A DNA stretch of 63,520 bases, the filler included, from Nemertoderma westbladi (taxonomy: Eukaryota > Animalia > Xenacoelomorpha), in the NCBI GenBank assembly GCA_032718475.1. It is 3 parts of 3 records of this genome, joined end to end, with 100 filler letters (N's around TTAATTAATTAA, not from the genome) between each part and the next. Parts side by side here need not be neighbours in the genome. Positions count along the whole stretch, not along the records: positions 27,373 to 57,134 come from JAUCBJ010008774.1; positions 57,235 to 63,520 come from JAUCBJ010002631.1; 1 more part is not named here. One strand, 5' to 3'. This document shows positions 48,793-62,340 of this stretch, one piece after another. The stretch's first letter is position 1; each line of letters opens with the position of its first letter. The position numbers were made by a program, and so were the translations under genes. Below the pieces are notes generated by a model that was not told where the DNA came from, searched no databases, and saw nothing but the letters and a program-made list of their open reading frames with translations.

Positions 48793-50969
48793 AGAGTTTA
48801 TAATGAACGATAAAATATATTTCACAACATTATTATCATCGTAAAAAATTTTTAAAATTAAATTCGACTTTAAAAAGATAAATTTGTTTAAGTTTAAAAT
48901 TTTAATGTAATTATTCTACGATTTGTAAGCTGAAGTTTGTTGTAATTGAAAATTCTATGTACTTTAATAACAATTTAAAGAGGCGCTTCAGGGGGAAGGG
49001 CTAAAGGGGTTATACCCCCTTAATTAAAATTTGGGAGACAGAAGGAGGGGGTCTGGACGCAAATCCAATTTCGGCAAATTATTATCTCGTCTCAATGTTA
49101 AATTATCAATTTGGGGAAAGGAACAGGTTACAGTAACCCAAAATAATAAACAAAAGTAAATTGCACAGGTTACGGTTTTATTTTTGACGGAAGTAATCAG
49201 CTGTTATTTGCGTGGATTCTCCGCTGGAGAGGATGCATTGCGATGCGTCGAAAGTAAGATAATAATACTATTTTATTATAATAATAAATAGTTTAATTTA
49301 ATTTTATTTAATAAGTGATTTAATTTGTATCTTTATCCCTATCCGATAAGAAACAAACATAAACACACAGTGACAGTCAGTGTACATCTATTGATATTAT
49401 AACTTACAAATCAGATTAAATTCACTTTCAATCCAACCTTGGATATACCTACCTACCGATTTATGGGTCTGAATTGACTAATTTCTTCCTACGTATTGCT
49501 ATATATAAAGGTATGAATTGGAAAATGTACTTGGTATGTTATGTTATCATGAATGGTATGCCCGTACCATGATATTCTATGCTATTCAATATGCATAGTA
49601 TACCACCCCACCGCCACCATGTCATGACATTCTACCTAGTAGTGCTATGCCTCGGTCATGACAATACATCTCATGTTATGCTCTACCTCAACCACAATGT
49701 GTCATTTTTATGCCGTGCCGTTTCGTGAGTGACAGTGACATGCCTAGCAAGTACCAATGACATGTCATGGCATCACTCTTCAACGAAGTGTTATGCTGTG
49801 TCATGGCTTTGCCGTGCCATTCCACGATGTACCATAATATTGTACCATGCCATGATGGGGCGTTTAATAATGTACCACTTCATGGGCCCATTATTCCAGC
49901 ACTTTCATACACGTCAGCTCTCACCGCCAGCTATTCTTTGCTCAGTTACTGTATGTATATTCGTGATCGTGACTTGTCCTGCCATGCCTTACGGCGTAGT
50001 CTAACATACAACAACATCTCGACAATTAAAATATAAATTATGCTCGTTTCGCTCGTGCTTCTCCACTCTCTCCAATTGTACAGTATATCTTTATCTACTT
50101 CCATTTGTACTACAACCACTCCGCTATCCTTGACCAAAAGCTAAATCCACTAGTACTACTGGTGGCCGGCCATAAACAACCTTGTTCCCACGCAATGTCC
50201 TCAAATTTATTTTTGTTTACTTTGTAAGAGTAAATCCTTTAGTACATATATTAAACACCTACTTAGCTACAATACTTCTTGTAAATAAATACTGTACATT
50301 TCAAATTCAACAATAATTAATTTCATTGCTTAAGGACAGACAGGCGGCAGCCGGCAGACAGAACTAGCGTATGTCAGTACAGCACCAAACACAGATACAA
50401 CAATAAGCAGACGCCGACGTCCCACCCATCTGGCACAAATATCGCCAATATAAATAGTAACTTATTGGCAGCAATACTACATACAAACTGCAGTCGTACT
50501 GACATGGTATTGGTGGCAGTTGGTTGCTTAGGCAACAAAACAGGAACGCATCACGAGTAACAATTAATTGCAAGATAATAGTGATGCTCCGAACACATGA
50601 CGACTGTCTTTCTTATTATAGCATAGGCTAATATTGAATGCGTATCCAACTGTGGCCCATAATACTTAAGACCTCTCTATTGTACGAAGTCACTACGCCT
50701 ACACACATCACTAATCCTAATATTGTAGTAAAGGGCGATAATATTACTAGCGAATAACCATTCCTTGATAATCTATAGGCACCATGTGTTCCGTGTGGGT
50801 TGCTTTTTATGTAGAAGGTTGATGATGTCTGTAGATCGGGGTATGTTTGCGCGCCATACGGTTGGTTATCTTGCCTTGTGGCATTGTCTTGCAAACTACC
50901 AGGGTTTATGTAAGCTTGGAGTCGGTCCCTCTATTATATTTTAATTTATTATGCCTCCTGTACACGTTC

Positions 50970-51270
50970 GTGGGGCGTCGCGCAGCACGCGAACTTGAGC
51001 AAGTTCGATTTTATCTTGAGTCAAAAGTTCGAGAGGTATTTGCCCGTAACTTTAAAAAATATTTGAACTTTTTCTCTAGTATGCCCATATAAAATTTGGT
51101 TGAAAATGGTTAAAATCTTCAAAGGTTATTTACGAATAAATTTTTTATTATAAACAGACAGACAGAGAGATAGTCAGACAGACAGACAGAGAGACGGACA
51201 TGAAATTTTGCCCTATTTACTAATTATATTTGTGCGCTAAGGCTCGCCCTGACTGCATGGCTCGCCCCAC
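50970..51270 (-). mobile_element. HINE/DINE-1-like non-autonomous element, copy 2
   Basis: Reverse-complement relative of 25921-26270 with the same ends, GACA microsatellite and CGAACTTGAGCAAGTTCG hairpin. Confidence 0.6.
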
Positions 51271-51308
51271 ATGTAAATGGCGTCATGGGTGAACCACATA
51301 CAGTTAGT

Positions 51309-52324
51309 TATTCGGGTTTTAATTTTTACTGCTGCCTGGGTGCCTTTGAATGAAGCTGATACCATTTCCGCTCGTTACGTATCGCCCGGGTGAAAAACGT
51401 TTATCGCCCGGGTGAAAAAAGTCAATCGCCCGGGTAAGAACGTTTATCGCCCGGGTGAAAAACATGGTAACAAATGATTACGAACAAAAATGAAAATATA
51501 ATCTAAGCGGTTCACTCTGGTTTATTGTTTTGGTTAGAAGAACCTGTAAACCTGGTCATTTTCCTTATTTTAAAATTAATATTGTTAATGTAATTTAGTT
51601 GTGGATCACATCAATGAGTAGCATGAAACATGAGACAACAGTGTGTAAGAACTGCGGGATCCAGAAACACAAACAATGTACACACATAGTACATGTCCCC
51701 ATTGGTGACATCTCCTTTGTTGTGTGCAGCATACCTGCAGCATATGGGATTCCTGAGGAAATTATTGCAGCAATCATATTACTGTACGATGGTTCCACCA
51801 AATGTGTGTCTACTGCTGATGGTGACACAGATACATTCGAAGTCTTATGGGGAGGTACAAAGAACATATTTCCAATCAGACACTCTATAACATTAGTATC
51901 CCCTATTAGTCTCACCTAGCTTGACACTTGAACGGAACCGCCTCCGCTTTCCAGGACATTGCTTTGGCCGTGAGGACCAGCCAGTGCATATATTGCGCTT
52001 TGGCGGCCTCATAGTGTGAATAAGCACGGTGGACAGCTCATGACTTTCGTGAGACGCATCTTAAAGGAAACTGGCGATGATCTAGCGGAATAGATACGGA
52101 TGATCTAGCGAATGTAATGGGTGATAGGGAGTTGTGGCGGCGCAATTTTGTCGACAAGCCGGTACAGCATTCTTAATATATATTTAATATATATAATGCT
52201 TCTGCAATAGCATGTCGATAGTAGTAGTACTACCTGGAGCGGAATGACTGGAGCGTAACGAGCGAACGTCGTATCAGCTTCACCCGAGGCACGCAGACGG
52301 CTGTAAAACCTTAAAACTCGTATA
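51309..52324. mobile_element. Old TIR element (~70-bp imperfect TIRs) enclosing an RTE fragment
   Basis: TGAAGCTGATAC...CGCTCGTTACG (~51351-51379) inverted at 52254-52282 and extending to the ends; four ATCGCCCGGGT(G)AA repeats at ~51380-51462. Confidence 0.55.
51735..52150 (+). pseudogene. RTE-clade LINE relic, same family as the 812-3171 fragments
   Basis: AYGIPEEIIAAIILLYDGSTKCVSTADGDTDTFEV, later RNRLRFPGHCFGREDQPV and MGDRELWRR. Confidence 0.7.
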
Positions 52325-52745
52325 TTCCAGCTAATCGAAACATTATGTAAATAGCATTAATGTGTTGGTATCACATTATCTCATCTACCGTAACTAACAA
52401 CTGTATGAAAGGGTTTTCATTTTGTTTCAAATGTACCTCATTTTTTTCCGCACATAAGGTGCACCCCCGTGATTCATTTCACTTTGTTTATTCATTTGTT
52501 CCTAAGGAAATAATTTTACGAATCACCAACCCTATTACTATTGGCTAGAATGAAATGCCAATAACGCTAATGAGATATGAATTGAATAATAGCCAAAAAT
52601 AGATCATCACACAGCTTGCAGGAATTTAAATAGCATGTCATTGGTTAATAATGACAAAATAGGATATCAACAATAATTATTATTGGTGCTTTTCTGCCGA
52701 CGTCGACAATTGTTGCTGGCGTTCTACATTTATTAGTGGCGTTAT

Positions 52746-53072
52746 GCCTACGTCACCAACCATTATTGGGGTTGCATTCTGCCTCCGTCACCAACCATTA
52801 TTTGCGTCGTTCTGTCTACGTCACCAACCATTATTTGCCCCGTTCTGCCTACGTCACCATCCATTATTTGCGTCGTTCTGCCTACGTCACCAACCATTAT
52901 TTGCGTCGTTCTGCCTACGTCACCAACCATTATTTGCGTCGTTCTGCCTACGTCACCAACCATTATTTGCGTCGTTCTGCCTACGTCACCAACCATTATT
53001 TGCGTCGTTCTGCCTACGTCACCAACCATTATTTGCGTCGTTCTGCCTACGTCACCAACTGCCTACGTCACC
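52746..53072. repeat. 33-bp tandem repeat (~9-10 copies)
   Basis: Unit CGTCACCAACCATTATTTGCGTCGTTCTGCCTA. Confidence 0.93.
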
Positions 53073-53819
53073 CACATACATCACCAACATCTATTGGCGG
53101 CGTTAATTTAAGCTCATAAACATAAATATTCACAATTCGATTCGACACGATTCGACAAAACGATAAACACAATTCGATACGAACCTAGGCAACTTTCGTA
53201 AATGAAGTAGTTAGTCATTATCAGACACAAATACTTTGTGATTGTATTAACAAGAATACCAGTATATGTATGTTAGTGCGTTTGTTGATTAAATGTTCAC
53301 CCAGTAGCACATAGGTGATGCCCACCTTTAGTTCGTTTCACTTGTCGACATGACAACATGCTGACAATGAGCCAATGCTTTCATTCAGGGGATGTAATAT
53401 GACATGACGTGCGTCGGTAACTTATTATTGCATAACTCCCAGGAGAACAATCCCATCGCATGTGACACCATTTATATGAAGTTGGGTGTCGTAGTGAAAA
53501 TAAACTGCTTTCAAAATACATAGTATTTGGCGTGGCGGGGATGGTTCGAATTCGAGTAAATACTAAATAGTTTTCGCACTGTTGTGTCCCTATGTAAGAC
53601 AATTTCGACGTAAGCCCAGAGGTAAGAAGGGAACCTGGCCACAACTGCCAACTGGTGTGGGAATAAATAAATGGTTGAATAGTTATGGAGTGTTCACGCT
53701 TGGAAATTAGTGTGGCGCCCTCCCTGCCTTGCATGCAACTGCCAAGAGAGAGAGAGTAACCTTCGGGTTGCCTCCAGTGTTTCGTATTTCAGGTTTACAA
53801 GGTTTTAGTTATCAAAGTC

Positions 53820-54055
53820 CCCTTTTGCGTCGTAGTGGTTTAATGCTTTGCTTGAATCATCAAAGTCAGAGATCGTGGGATCGAGACCCGCTAGGGGGCA
53901 GAGAAGGAACGCACAAATGCCTTCTAGCTTCCTCTCTGGGGAGTGTAGTTCTTGGGGGACCGCACTGGAAATAAGTCGTAAGACTTTGGGCGTTATCCCC
54001 GGCGTAATGGAAAAAGGAAACTTTACTTTTTCATTTTCTTATATTCTTTACTTTT
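53820..54055 (+). mobile_element. tRNA-derived SINE related to the 46071-46353 element
   Basis: CGTAGTGG A-box-like, GGATCGAGACC B-box-like; shares CTCTGGGGAGT..AGTTCT.GGGG.GACCGCACTGGAAA..GTCGT.AGACTTTG.GCGT.ATCCC and a TTTAC-type tail. Confidence 0.65.
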
Positions 54056-57000
54056 CGAGCCAACATGCTGTGACAGCTGTGCTCCCCATTTGTAAGGCTG
54101 AACCTGAAACGACACACCAACTGTAAGTATGCCGATCGGCCAACCATTAATTAGTAAAGTCAAAACAAATGTAAAGTTGTCTTCAGCAAATCTAATAATG
54201 TTTATCCATCAAAATGTGTATAAACATTATTTTACGTAATTTATTTAGTTAGGGCTTAATGTAGTTAATAATAAATAACTATGATGGATATTTGTGAATG
54301 AAAGTTATAATTCCAGGTTCGTGCTGCTCGTACCCCGGTACCCGAAAGGGAATACCAGTAAAACAACGTTAAATAATAAATAAATATATACGAAATCAAT
54401 CACATTAAGTTCAAAATATAAACGATTAAACAATAAGTTTTTCTTATTTCATCCTTCATCATTTATAGTGAGGAGAACAGCCGCTACCCTATTGATCACC
54501 TTACCATCTAACACTGGCCTCCTATTCGCTAGATCCACTCCTTGGTGGCGGCAGTGCTCGCCAGAAAACGTTCAGTCTTAGTTGTTCCTGTCAAATAATA
54601 ATGAACTCAATCCTTCATAAAAATATATATTCAACTTGAATCTAACTTGACAAACAATGAAGCAAATTAGAATTAAGTTTGCTCAAGGTACCCCCCCCCC
54701 CCCCCCCCCCCCCCCCGCGCAACACACACACCAACATAGCATAACTACCAGCACTCCCCTGCCCTGCCTTCCATAATTGTAAAGTACGTATCGCTTAAGA
54801 ACCTCTCACCTTCAATGATATTGAAGTTCAAAGTAAATGTATGACGCGGCATTATTATAGGCAGGGCTTTGCGTACCACAAATAGCAACGGTAGTAACAA
54901 TACAGTTTTTATTATAAATTGAGGTTTTGACAAGCTTGACGTATTTGAGCAACAAATTGATTGGGAATGCATTTTGTGCTGTAATAAATGAGATTCACTT
55001 AAGGAGAGCCACATAGTACAACATGTGGCCTGTTGTAGTTCGGTAAGGAAGTTAGACACCCACCTGGAATCACTTAGGGTCTAATCTAAAACATTTCACA
55101 CGTTCACGACAAAACGTCGGTCGACCTGTGGAGTTTCTTGGCATGTTACTACGTCACCCCATGCAAGTACATAAGTTAACCAGAGGGGAATTTTGAACTT
55201 TCGTCTACAATCTATCTCAGTTAAAAGTGGGTCCCATTTGTTTTTGGTATATATTTGGCCACAAGGTGAATTTTAACAAGTTGATGCGGTCACTTTATCT
55301 CTGCGACTTTTAGCGGGACTTTAGATATATTTGTAATTAGTCTTCAGATGTGACGCAAAAAATAATATGTGATTTATAAAACAACCACAATTAGCGCCAT
55401 GATGGCTAGGGAATAGCATTGGTTGGTACGAAATTATATTCAACACAAATGAATTATTATTAGATACGCTACGGTACGGTTCAATCTTGAGCCTTATCTA
55501 GCGCAATAACAAAACGAATGTTGTAAATATTCACCTGCGTTCACTTGTCTTCGCAGTTTTGGTATTCATCTGGGTGACTAACCTATAAATTACCCCTACC
55601 ACAATTTTCGCGTAAGCCAATACCAGAAGGCCCGCCGTTTCTGTGACATTATCGGGAACCTTTTGTTCTGAAACTCTCCCAAATGCGTAGCCTAGTCAGA
55701 CAATATTACTGCGCCCAAAATGCGATGGGATCACATTAATGCTATCCACATCACGCTCCAGATTACTCTATCTCGCCAATCTTCCTGCAAGCCACAACAG
55801 ATTAGGTTTGACAGTCTGAATACCAAATGACATTAATTCCAGTGGAACATGTCATTGCTACGCACTATACTTATTACACGTGTTTGGGGAATGGAGGTAA
55901 GTAGGTGTGCATCGAATTTGCGTTTATTGTTAGCCGACAACAAATTAAATATGTTGTTAGAACTGTTACGAACATGAGTATTTCCATCAACTTTAATCAA
56001 AGCGTAGGTTCAATGAAATTATGATTGACATATCAACCGCCATGTGGGACAACTGTTTTCGTGTCATTTCGATCACAATACATATTGGGTGTCAATGTCA
56101 ACTGTCAATAGTCACTGTGAGAAAGCATATGACACTCAATACGTATTTGCTCTTGCGTAGCTGCGCACGGCGCCTATTGACATCCACCATGGAGTATTTT
56201 ACACAATGAAAGGAAACCAGTTGTCTTTGATACAGATGAACTAGGCCACCTACAACCCATCTATCTATCCCTAGTAATAAACCACCAGCGATATACAAGG
56301 AGATAGGAATAAAGGGTATAGCCAAGGAGACCTCTATACAAAGTCATGCAGCTCAGTAAAGGCAGAAATTTGCTTAGGCTGAAAACTTCTAGGACTTCTA
56401 AAACATTAGAACCACTGGGTTTTAACCTTCAACTGCATGAATTTTATTTTTTGGGTTGGAAAATTTTTTTGCAATGTTTTTCCTGCACAAATTAGTTCAA
56501 AGTATACAAAAACTGATGAAAAAATTAAAACAATAATTATTCACTCATTTTTCGAAATTGTACTGCATGTAGTCATAGGTTCAAAATTTGTAGCAAATAT
56601 GCTACACTTTATACTTTAGAACTGAAAGTGACTGACTAGACTGTAGTCTAATGCAATAAAGCGTTAACGGTACATGGGAGCTGCTGTATACTGTGTGGTG
56701 TATATTTGTCTGTATGTCGGACTGTCAGTCAAAAAATAAGAAATCACACCACTAAACTGAGGTTTTCGTTAAATGGGGTTTCATGGTTGGTGATTTTATT
56801 TCAGATGTATTTAGGTCGCCTTGGGTATAGCGGTCAATGTCGTGATAAATCTATTGGTGCTCAAAGCTGACCTATCGAAAATGACTGGAATGATTGAATA
56901 CGTTCGCCTCATTGGAAATGAGTCGAAAGAGAGCGGGCGGTAGAGTGAGAGAGTTGACGAAGTGAGCCGGCGCGGGCGGTAGAGTGAGAGAGTTGACAAA

Positions 57001-57134
57001 TAGGCGGTTCATGAGTAAGAAGTACATATATATTAAGGATTCGTGGGGGAATATCAGTTCCACAATACAATGTGGAATTGAGTATATCCAGGCTGAATAT
57101 TAAGGTCCCCTTAACGGTAACAATAAATCTGAAG

Positions 57135-57234
57135 NNNNNNNNNNNNNNNNNNNNNNNNNNNNNNNNNNNNNNNNNNNNTTAATTAATTAANNNNNNNNNN
57201 NNNNNNNNNNNNNNNNNNNNNNNNNNNNNNNNNN
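57135..57234. other. Artificial contig-join spacer
   Basis: Same 44 N + TTAATTAATTAA + 44 N linker. Confidence 0.97.
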
Positions 57235-57334
57235 GGACCAGAATTTGGCATTTTTTAATTGCCTCCGAACGAAATGTGCATAGCCCAGGCTTAGGGAGGA
57301 CTTCAGCGAGGGCCATGCTTTATCTACTACTCAT

Positions 57335-58703
57335 TTATACATTGGAGGACTGGAGGTCTGCCTTTTATTCATGGGAATGTGCCATTTATACATTGGAGGA
57401 CGGGAGGTCTGCCTCTGCCTTTTATACATGGGGTCTGCATTTTATACATGGAAGGACGGGAGCTCCGCCTTTTATACATCGGGTCTGCCTTTTATACATG
57501 TGTGGTCTGTCTTTTGCACATGGGTATCTGCCTTTTATACATGGGGGTCTGCCTTTTTTACATGGGAGGACGGAATGTCTGCCTTTTATACACGGTGTGT
57601 CTGCCTTTTAAACATCAGGGTGTCTTCCTTTTTTACGTTGGGGCGTCTGACTTTTATACATGTGTGGTCTGTCTTTTGCACATGGGGGTCTTCCTTTTAT
57701 ACATGTGGGTCTGCCTTTTATATATGGGAGGACGGAAGGTCTGCCTTTTATTCATGGGAGGATGAAAGGTCTGCCTTTTATACATGGGAGGACGGAAGGT
57801 CTGCCTTTTATACACGGCGTGTCTGCCTTTTATTCATTAGGGTGTCTTCCTTATTTAATTGGGGGTCTGCCTTTTATACATGGGGGTATGCCTTTTATAC
57901 ATGGTGGGGGTCTGAATTTTATACATGGGGCGTTTGCCTTTTATACATGCGTGGTCTGCCTTTTATACATGGGGAGTCTGTCTTTTGCACATGAGGTGTC
58001 TGCCTTTTATACATGGGGTCTTCCTTTTATACACGGCAGGTCTGCATTTTATAAATTAGGGTGTCTTCCATTTATAATACATGCGTGGTTTGCCTTTTAA
58101 ACATGGGGGGTCTGCCTTTTATACATGGGGGGTCTGCCTTTTATACATGGGGGGTCTGCCTTGCCTTTTATACATGGGATCTGCCTTTTATACATGGTGG
58201 GTCTGCCTTTTATACATGGGAGGACGGAAGGTTTGCCTTTTATACATGTGTGGTCTGTATTTTGCACATGCGTGGTTTGCCTTTTATACATGCGTGGTTT
58301 GCCTTTTATACATGGGGGGTCTGTCTTTTATACATGGGGGGTCTGCCTTTTATACATGGAGGATCTGCCTTTTCTACATGGTGGGTCTGCCTTTTATACA
58401 TGGGAGGACGGAAGGTTTGCCTTTTATACATGTGTGGTCTGTATTTTGCACATGCGTGGTTTGCCTTTATACATGCGTGGTTTGCCTTTTATACATGGGG
58501 GGTCTGCCTTTTATACATGGGGGGTCTGCCTTTTATACATGGGATCTGCCTTTTATACATGGTGGGTCTGCCTTTTATACATGGGAGGACGGAAGGTTTG
58601 CCTTTTATACATGTGTGGTCTGTATTTTGCACATGCGTGGTTTGCCTTTTATACATGCGTGGTTTGCCTTTTATACTTGGGAGGTCTGCCTTTTATACAT
58701 GGG
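57335..58703. repeat. Degenerate variable-length (~20-30 bp) tandem repeat
   Basis: Core GTCTGCCTTTTATACATGG followed by short variable G-rich linkers that recur in blocks. Confidence 0.9.
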
Positions 58704-59027
58704 TGCTGTGTTGGGGCTTAGGCCAAGTAGATACGATAAACAATAAATAATATTCTGATACCGACATCTATATTAATTTGTGAATCCAATCATATACATA
58801 GTTATATACCAACAGTCCAACATAAGTAGTCTGCCACTAGCTACCTATTAACTTTAAGGTAAACACTAGAGTCTGGAAACCCCTGTTAGTCAGTATGTCG
58901 GTACATTCACTGATATTATTTGTAAAGTGACATGCCGACTTTAGGGCGTTTGTATACATCATGATAATTATCAAAACGACAAGGAGTTTCATCGCTCAAT
59001 GAACACTTCAATATAATTAAATAAACA

Positions 59028-59064
59028 GTGGATTAATTTCTCCCCTTTGGGGCATCTTCAGCAC
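59028..59064 (-). ncRNA. Minimal type I hammerhead ribozyme downstream of the Penelope-like ORF
   Basis: Minus strand GTG-CTGAAGA-TG-CCCC-AAA-GGGG-A-GAAA-TTAA-TC-CAC: stem I GTG/CAC, stem II CCCC/GGGG, palindromic stem III ATTAAT, triplet AUC. Confidence 0.65.
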
Positions 59065-59284
59065 AAAAACTACTGCACTACAGTTAGGCCAAACAGAAAA
59101 CACTAACAAATACTGAAATAGACTACCAGTCACTCACAAAACGATGTATATGTACAGTACAAATAACAAGACTCCGCCTACGGTTGTTATGTGGTTAAAA
59201 GGACCGTGCAGCCACGGTCCGTAGAGCTAACAACATAAATAAACAACTGAACTCTTAGTCATAGAAACTAATCAATCAATCTGG

Positions 59285-59790
59285 CACCGAGACGTGCGCT
59301 TACTATTTACAGTACAAATGGCATAGAGCAGTATTAACAACAGAGAGCCTTATGTATGCGAGATGACAACTACAGTACGAAATACCTGCCGTATGCGAAA
59401 TATCCGTGCACAAACGTGTAGCGTAAAAAGACACAGGCAAATACACTGAAACTAAATCTACAGTACTGACGTACGTGAAATGTCCGTGCAAAAACGTGTA
59501 GCGTAAAGAGACACAGGTAAATGAAACTGAAACCAAATCTAAAAACCTAAACAATCAAACCAGCACCTCGACGTGATTAGGCAGGGCCGTGCGCTACTAT
59601 CTACAGTACAAAAGGCACAGAGCAGTATCAATGGCAGAACCCACCCCGCCGGTCTGGCGTGTAGCGTAAAACCAAAGAACCAACAGGTAAATGATACTGA
59701 AGCTAAATCAAGGCAAATTCAACTTAAACTAAATCTGTATTTACAGTACAAAAGGCACAGGGCAGTATTAATGGCACAAAACACGCCCTA
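59285..59790. repeat. Degenerate nested direct repeats in the Penelope-like 3' UTR
   Basis: TACAGTACAAA.GGCA.AG.GCAGTAT.AA three times and CGTGTAGCGTAAA...ACAGG.AAAT three times. Confidence 0.7.
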
Positions 59791-59815
59791 ACACCAAACT
59801 ATAAGCCCGACCGTG

Positions 59816-60946
59816 TCAAACCGCCGGGACCATTCTGTTCCATGGGGGCCTAAACTTGAAAATATAGTTTGCCTCGGCGTGGATCCTATCCTCGTCCGAC
59901 CTGTAGCTCCTAAACCCCGAGATCCTGAGACACCCTAACCCGCACTGGGCAAAATGATCCAACAGCACATACTCCCCCATGTTCTCTAGGTCAGGATGCA
60001 CTTCCTTCACGTACCTACCCATGGCCGATCGGTGACCCGTCATCCTATCCCTAATGGTTTGCTCAGTCTGGCCCAAATAATACCCCCCCGGGTGGTTGGT
60101 GCAGGTCAACAGATAAAGTACCCCGTGGGACATACACGTGAAAAACCCTTTAATCTTCTCACCCCATGGGGTTCGGGCCATGTCGAACATGGCGTCGCAG
60201 GTTTTGCACCCCGACCGGGACCCGCATCTACTGCTTCCCATCCCCTTAGCCGGCGGCCGCGGCTTGACGACCTCCGCGAACTTACCGTCTACCCCAAAGT
60301 AGAACTTGTCCTTCTCCGCCTTGACCCGGCCCTCACGGTTGACACCGGGCGAGTCCCGTAACCGTTCCGGGTCCCAACCCCGGGCCTCGTTCAAAAACCC
60401 CTCACTATACCCGGACACCCAGCAATCCGTTAAATAACGGTCCCTCGCACTCTCATACTCCCTGGTTGTCCTTGTCAACCTCGCAAAACGTGTCAGCTGG
60501 CCCTTCACCACACCCTGCAGAACCCTTCGGTCGTGCAAACTGGATCCAGGAATGGGCAACCTTTTAGTAAGCGGTTTAAAATAAACCGAACTCACTATTC
60601 CCCGACCCGGCTCCAACACCAACTCCAAGTCCAGGAACACTGAACTGGTGTTCGAGAATTTGAAAGTGAAACGAATCCCCCCTTTACCGTATACTGCATC
60701 ACACGCCGCCCCGTAACGCTCGACGATCGCCTCCTTTATGGCGTCGTCCAACTCCCCATCCCAAATAGCCTCGCCATCGTCCACAAACGTTTTGAAATAA
60801 ATGGCGCTGAACCGGGCAACCAAACCCACGTGGGTGTGGATACGGTCCACCACCAGGACCGCCAGAACCTTCCCCGAGGGGCCTCCCATCCCTAGACCCT
60901 TTACTAAAACATAAAAAGCACCTTCAAAACCAAAATATGCACGAGT
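59816..60946 (-). mobile_element. Penelope-like element ORF, 5'-truncated: RT C-terminal half plus GIY-YIG endonuclease (Neptune-like)
   Basis: AYFGFEGAFYVLVKGLGMGGPSG, FKTFVDDG, VFLDLEL, VYFKP; linker CGSRSGCKTC; GIY-YIG GVLYLLTC...YYLGQT...RMTGH...DHF...RIHAEANYI...N. The frame is closed by TAG just upstream of 60946. Confidence 0.88.
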
Positions 60947-61138
60947 CTATATAGTAGAGAGTATATACAGAGTATATGTAGAGAGTACGAGAATATATAT
61001 ATATATGTGAAAATAAGTAATAAGGAAACTGTATATATAATGTAAACAAAATTGTTAATTGTTCAAATGATAGTTATAAGAGTTATGTAATTATATGTAC
61101 AGTAATTAATTATTTCTCAACCTTAGTAATCAGTCTTT

Positions 61139-62340
61139 TTAAACAATTGGCCCAGTATAGTTGGTTTTTGTTTTTAGATGATTATTTCGAATACGGTCAC
61201 TGCGTCTAATAATCTGTTGATCGTGGTACACATTTTCTGGCTGAACATATGGCTTGAGAAACGAATTTTCATTCTGGTTATCCTCACCCTTACATAATTG
61301 AAGGAATCGGCGGTTTCTCCATATCGAATTCCCAGGCATTAAACGAACCCGATATCCACGGTACTCTGTGACTTCTATAATTTCTCCAACACGATCCCAT
61401 TGTTTAGTGCGGTCATTCTGAATATAAACCTTGTCACCGACTGACAAGCTTGGAAGGATTCTAGCTCCTCTATTGTAGTATATCTTCTCTTTTGCTTTTA
61501 TATGGAGCAAACGTTTATTCGCACACTCTGTATCTTTTAAGTACTTCCCTGTAAGTCCCTGCGAAGTAATTCTTCGCTGTTGATATTTCCACCAGGGCAT
61601 TTTTTAATCAAAGATTTAATTAGCTTCACGTTAGCCTCAGCATGTCCATTGCTTTGAGCATACGTTGGAGTTGATGGTTTCCATGTTACACCCCACATTG
61701 TTAAAAATGTTTGTGTTTCATCACTACTAAATTGGCTTCCACGATCAGATCTTAGAGTTAGTGGACTTCCAGTTAATGAAAAAAAGGTTCGCTGAGCTTT
61801 GAGTACTTGACATGAATTTGGATCTCTGCTCCATTGCTCTACCATTGGAAATCCGGTATATCGATCAGTGTAGACCATGTACATATTCCCAGCTGCACTA
61901 AATAAATCAGCAGAAGCTGATTGGTATGGTCTGTTTGGTATGAAATCCTGTATTTCTGGTTCTTTCTGGTTAGATACACCCTTCTATCATTGTTTTTATA
62001 TCATTGTTGTATCCTGGCCAATATACTGTATCTCGAGCACGTCGGCGAGTTCTTTCTATACCTTGATGTGAGGCGTGTAATTTCACCAATACATCCTTCA
62101 CCTTAGACTGAGGAATGACTATCCGTCTACCAATAATGACCAATCCATTATCTACTGAAAGTTCTGAGGCCAAAGATTTAAATTGTCGCAGATATTGTGA
62201 TGTTCCTAGAACATGATCAGAGAAGCCACTAATAATGGCCCTTATTAGGATTTGGTAATTATTATCATTTATTGCTGAGTTCCGTAGCTCATTTAAGATG
62301 GGATCTGAAGGTTCATTATTTGTTTGTGATAAAATAGTAC
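61139..62340 (-). pseudogene. Ty3/Gypsy (Mag-like) integrase relic
   Basis: HHCC region LHASHQGIERTRRRARDTVYWPG; core YTDRYTGFP, LRSDRGSQFSS, QSNGHAEANVK; C-terminal RNRRFL; broken by stops, frameshift and deletion; no LTR recognised. Confidence 0.88.

Noticed and set aside
49500-50030. Cys/His/Met-rich short ORFs
   Set aside because: Degenerate TGCCA/CATG low-complexity DNA.
57276-58750. Many overlapping ORFs with SAFYTW/GLPFIH repeats (likewise 52736-53119 and 19940-20856)
   Set aside because: Open in several frames at once because of tandem repeats; no coding evidence.
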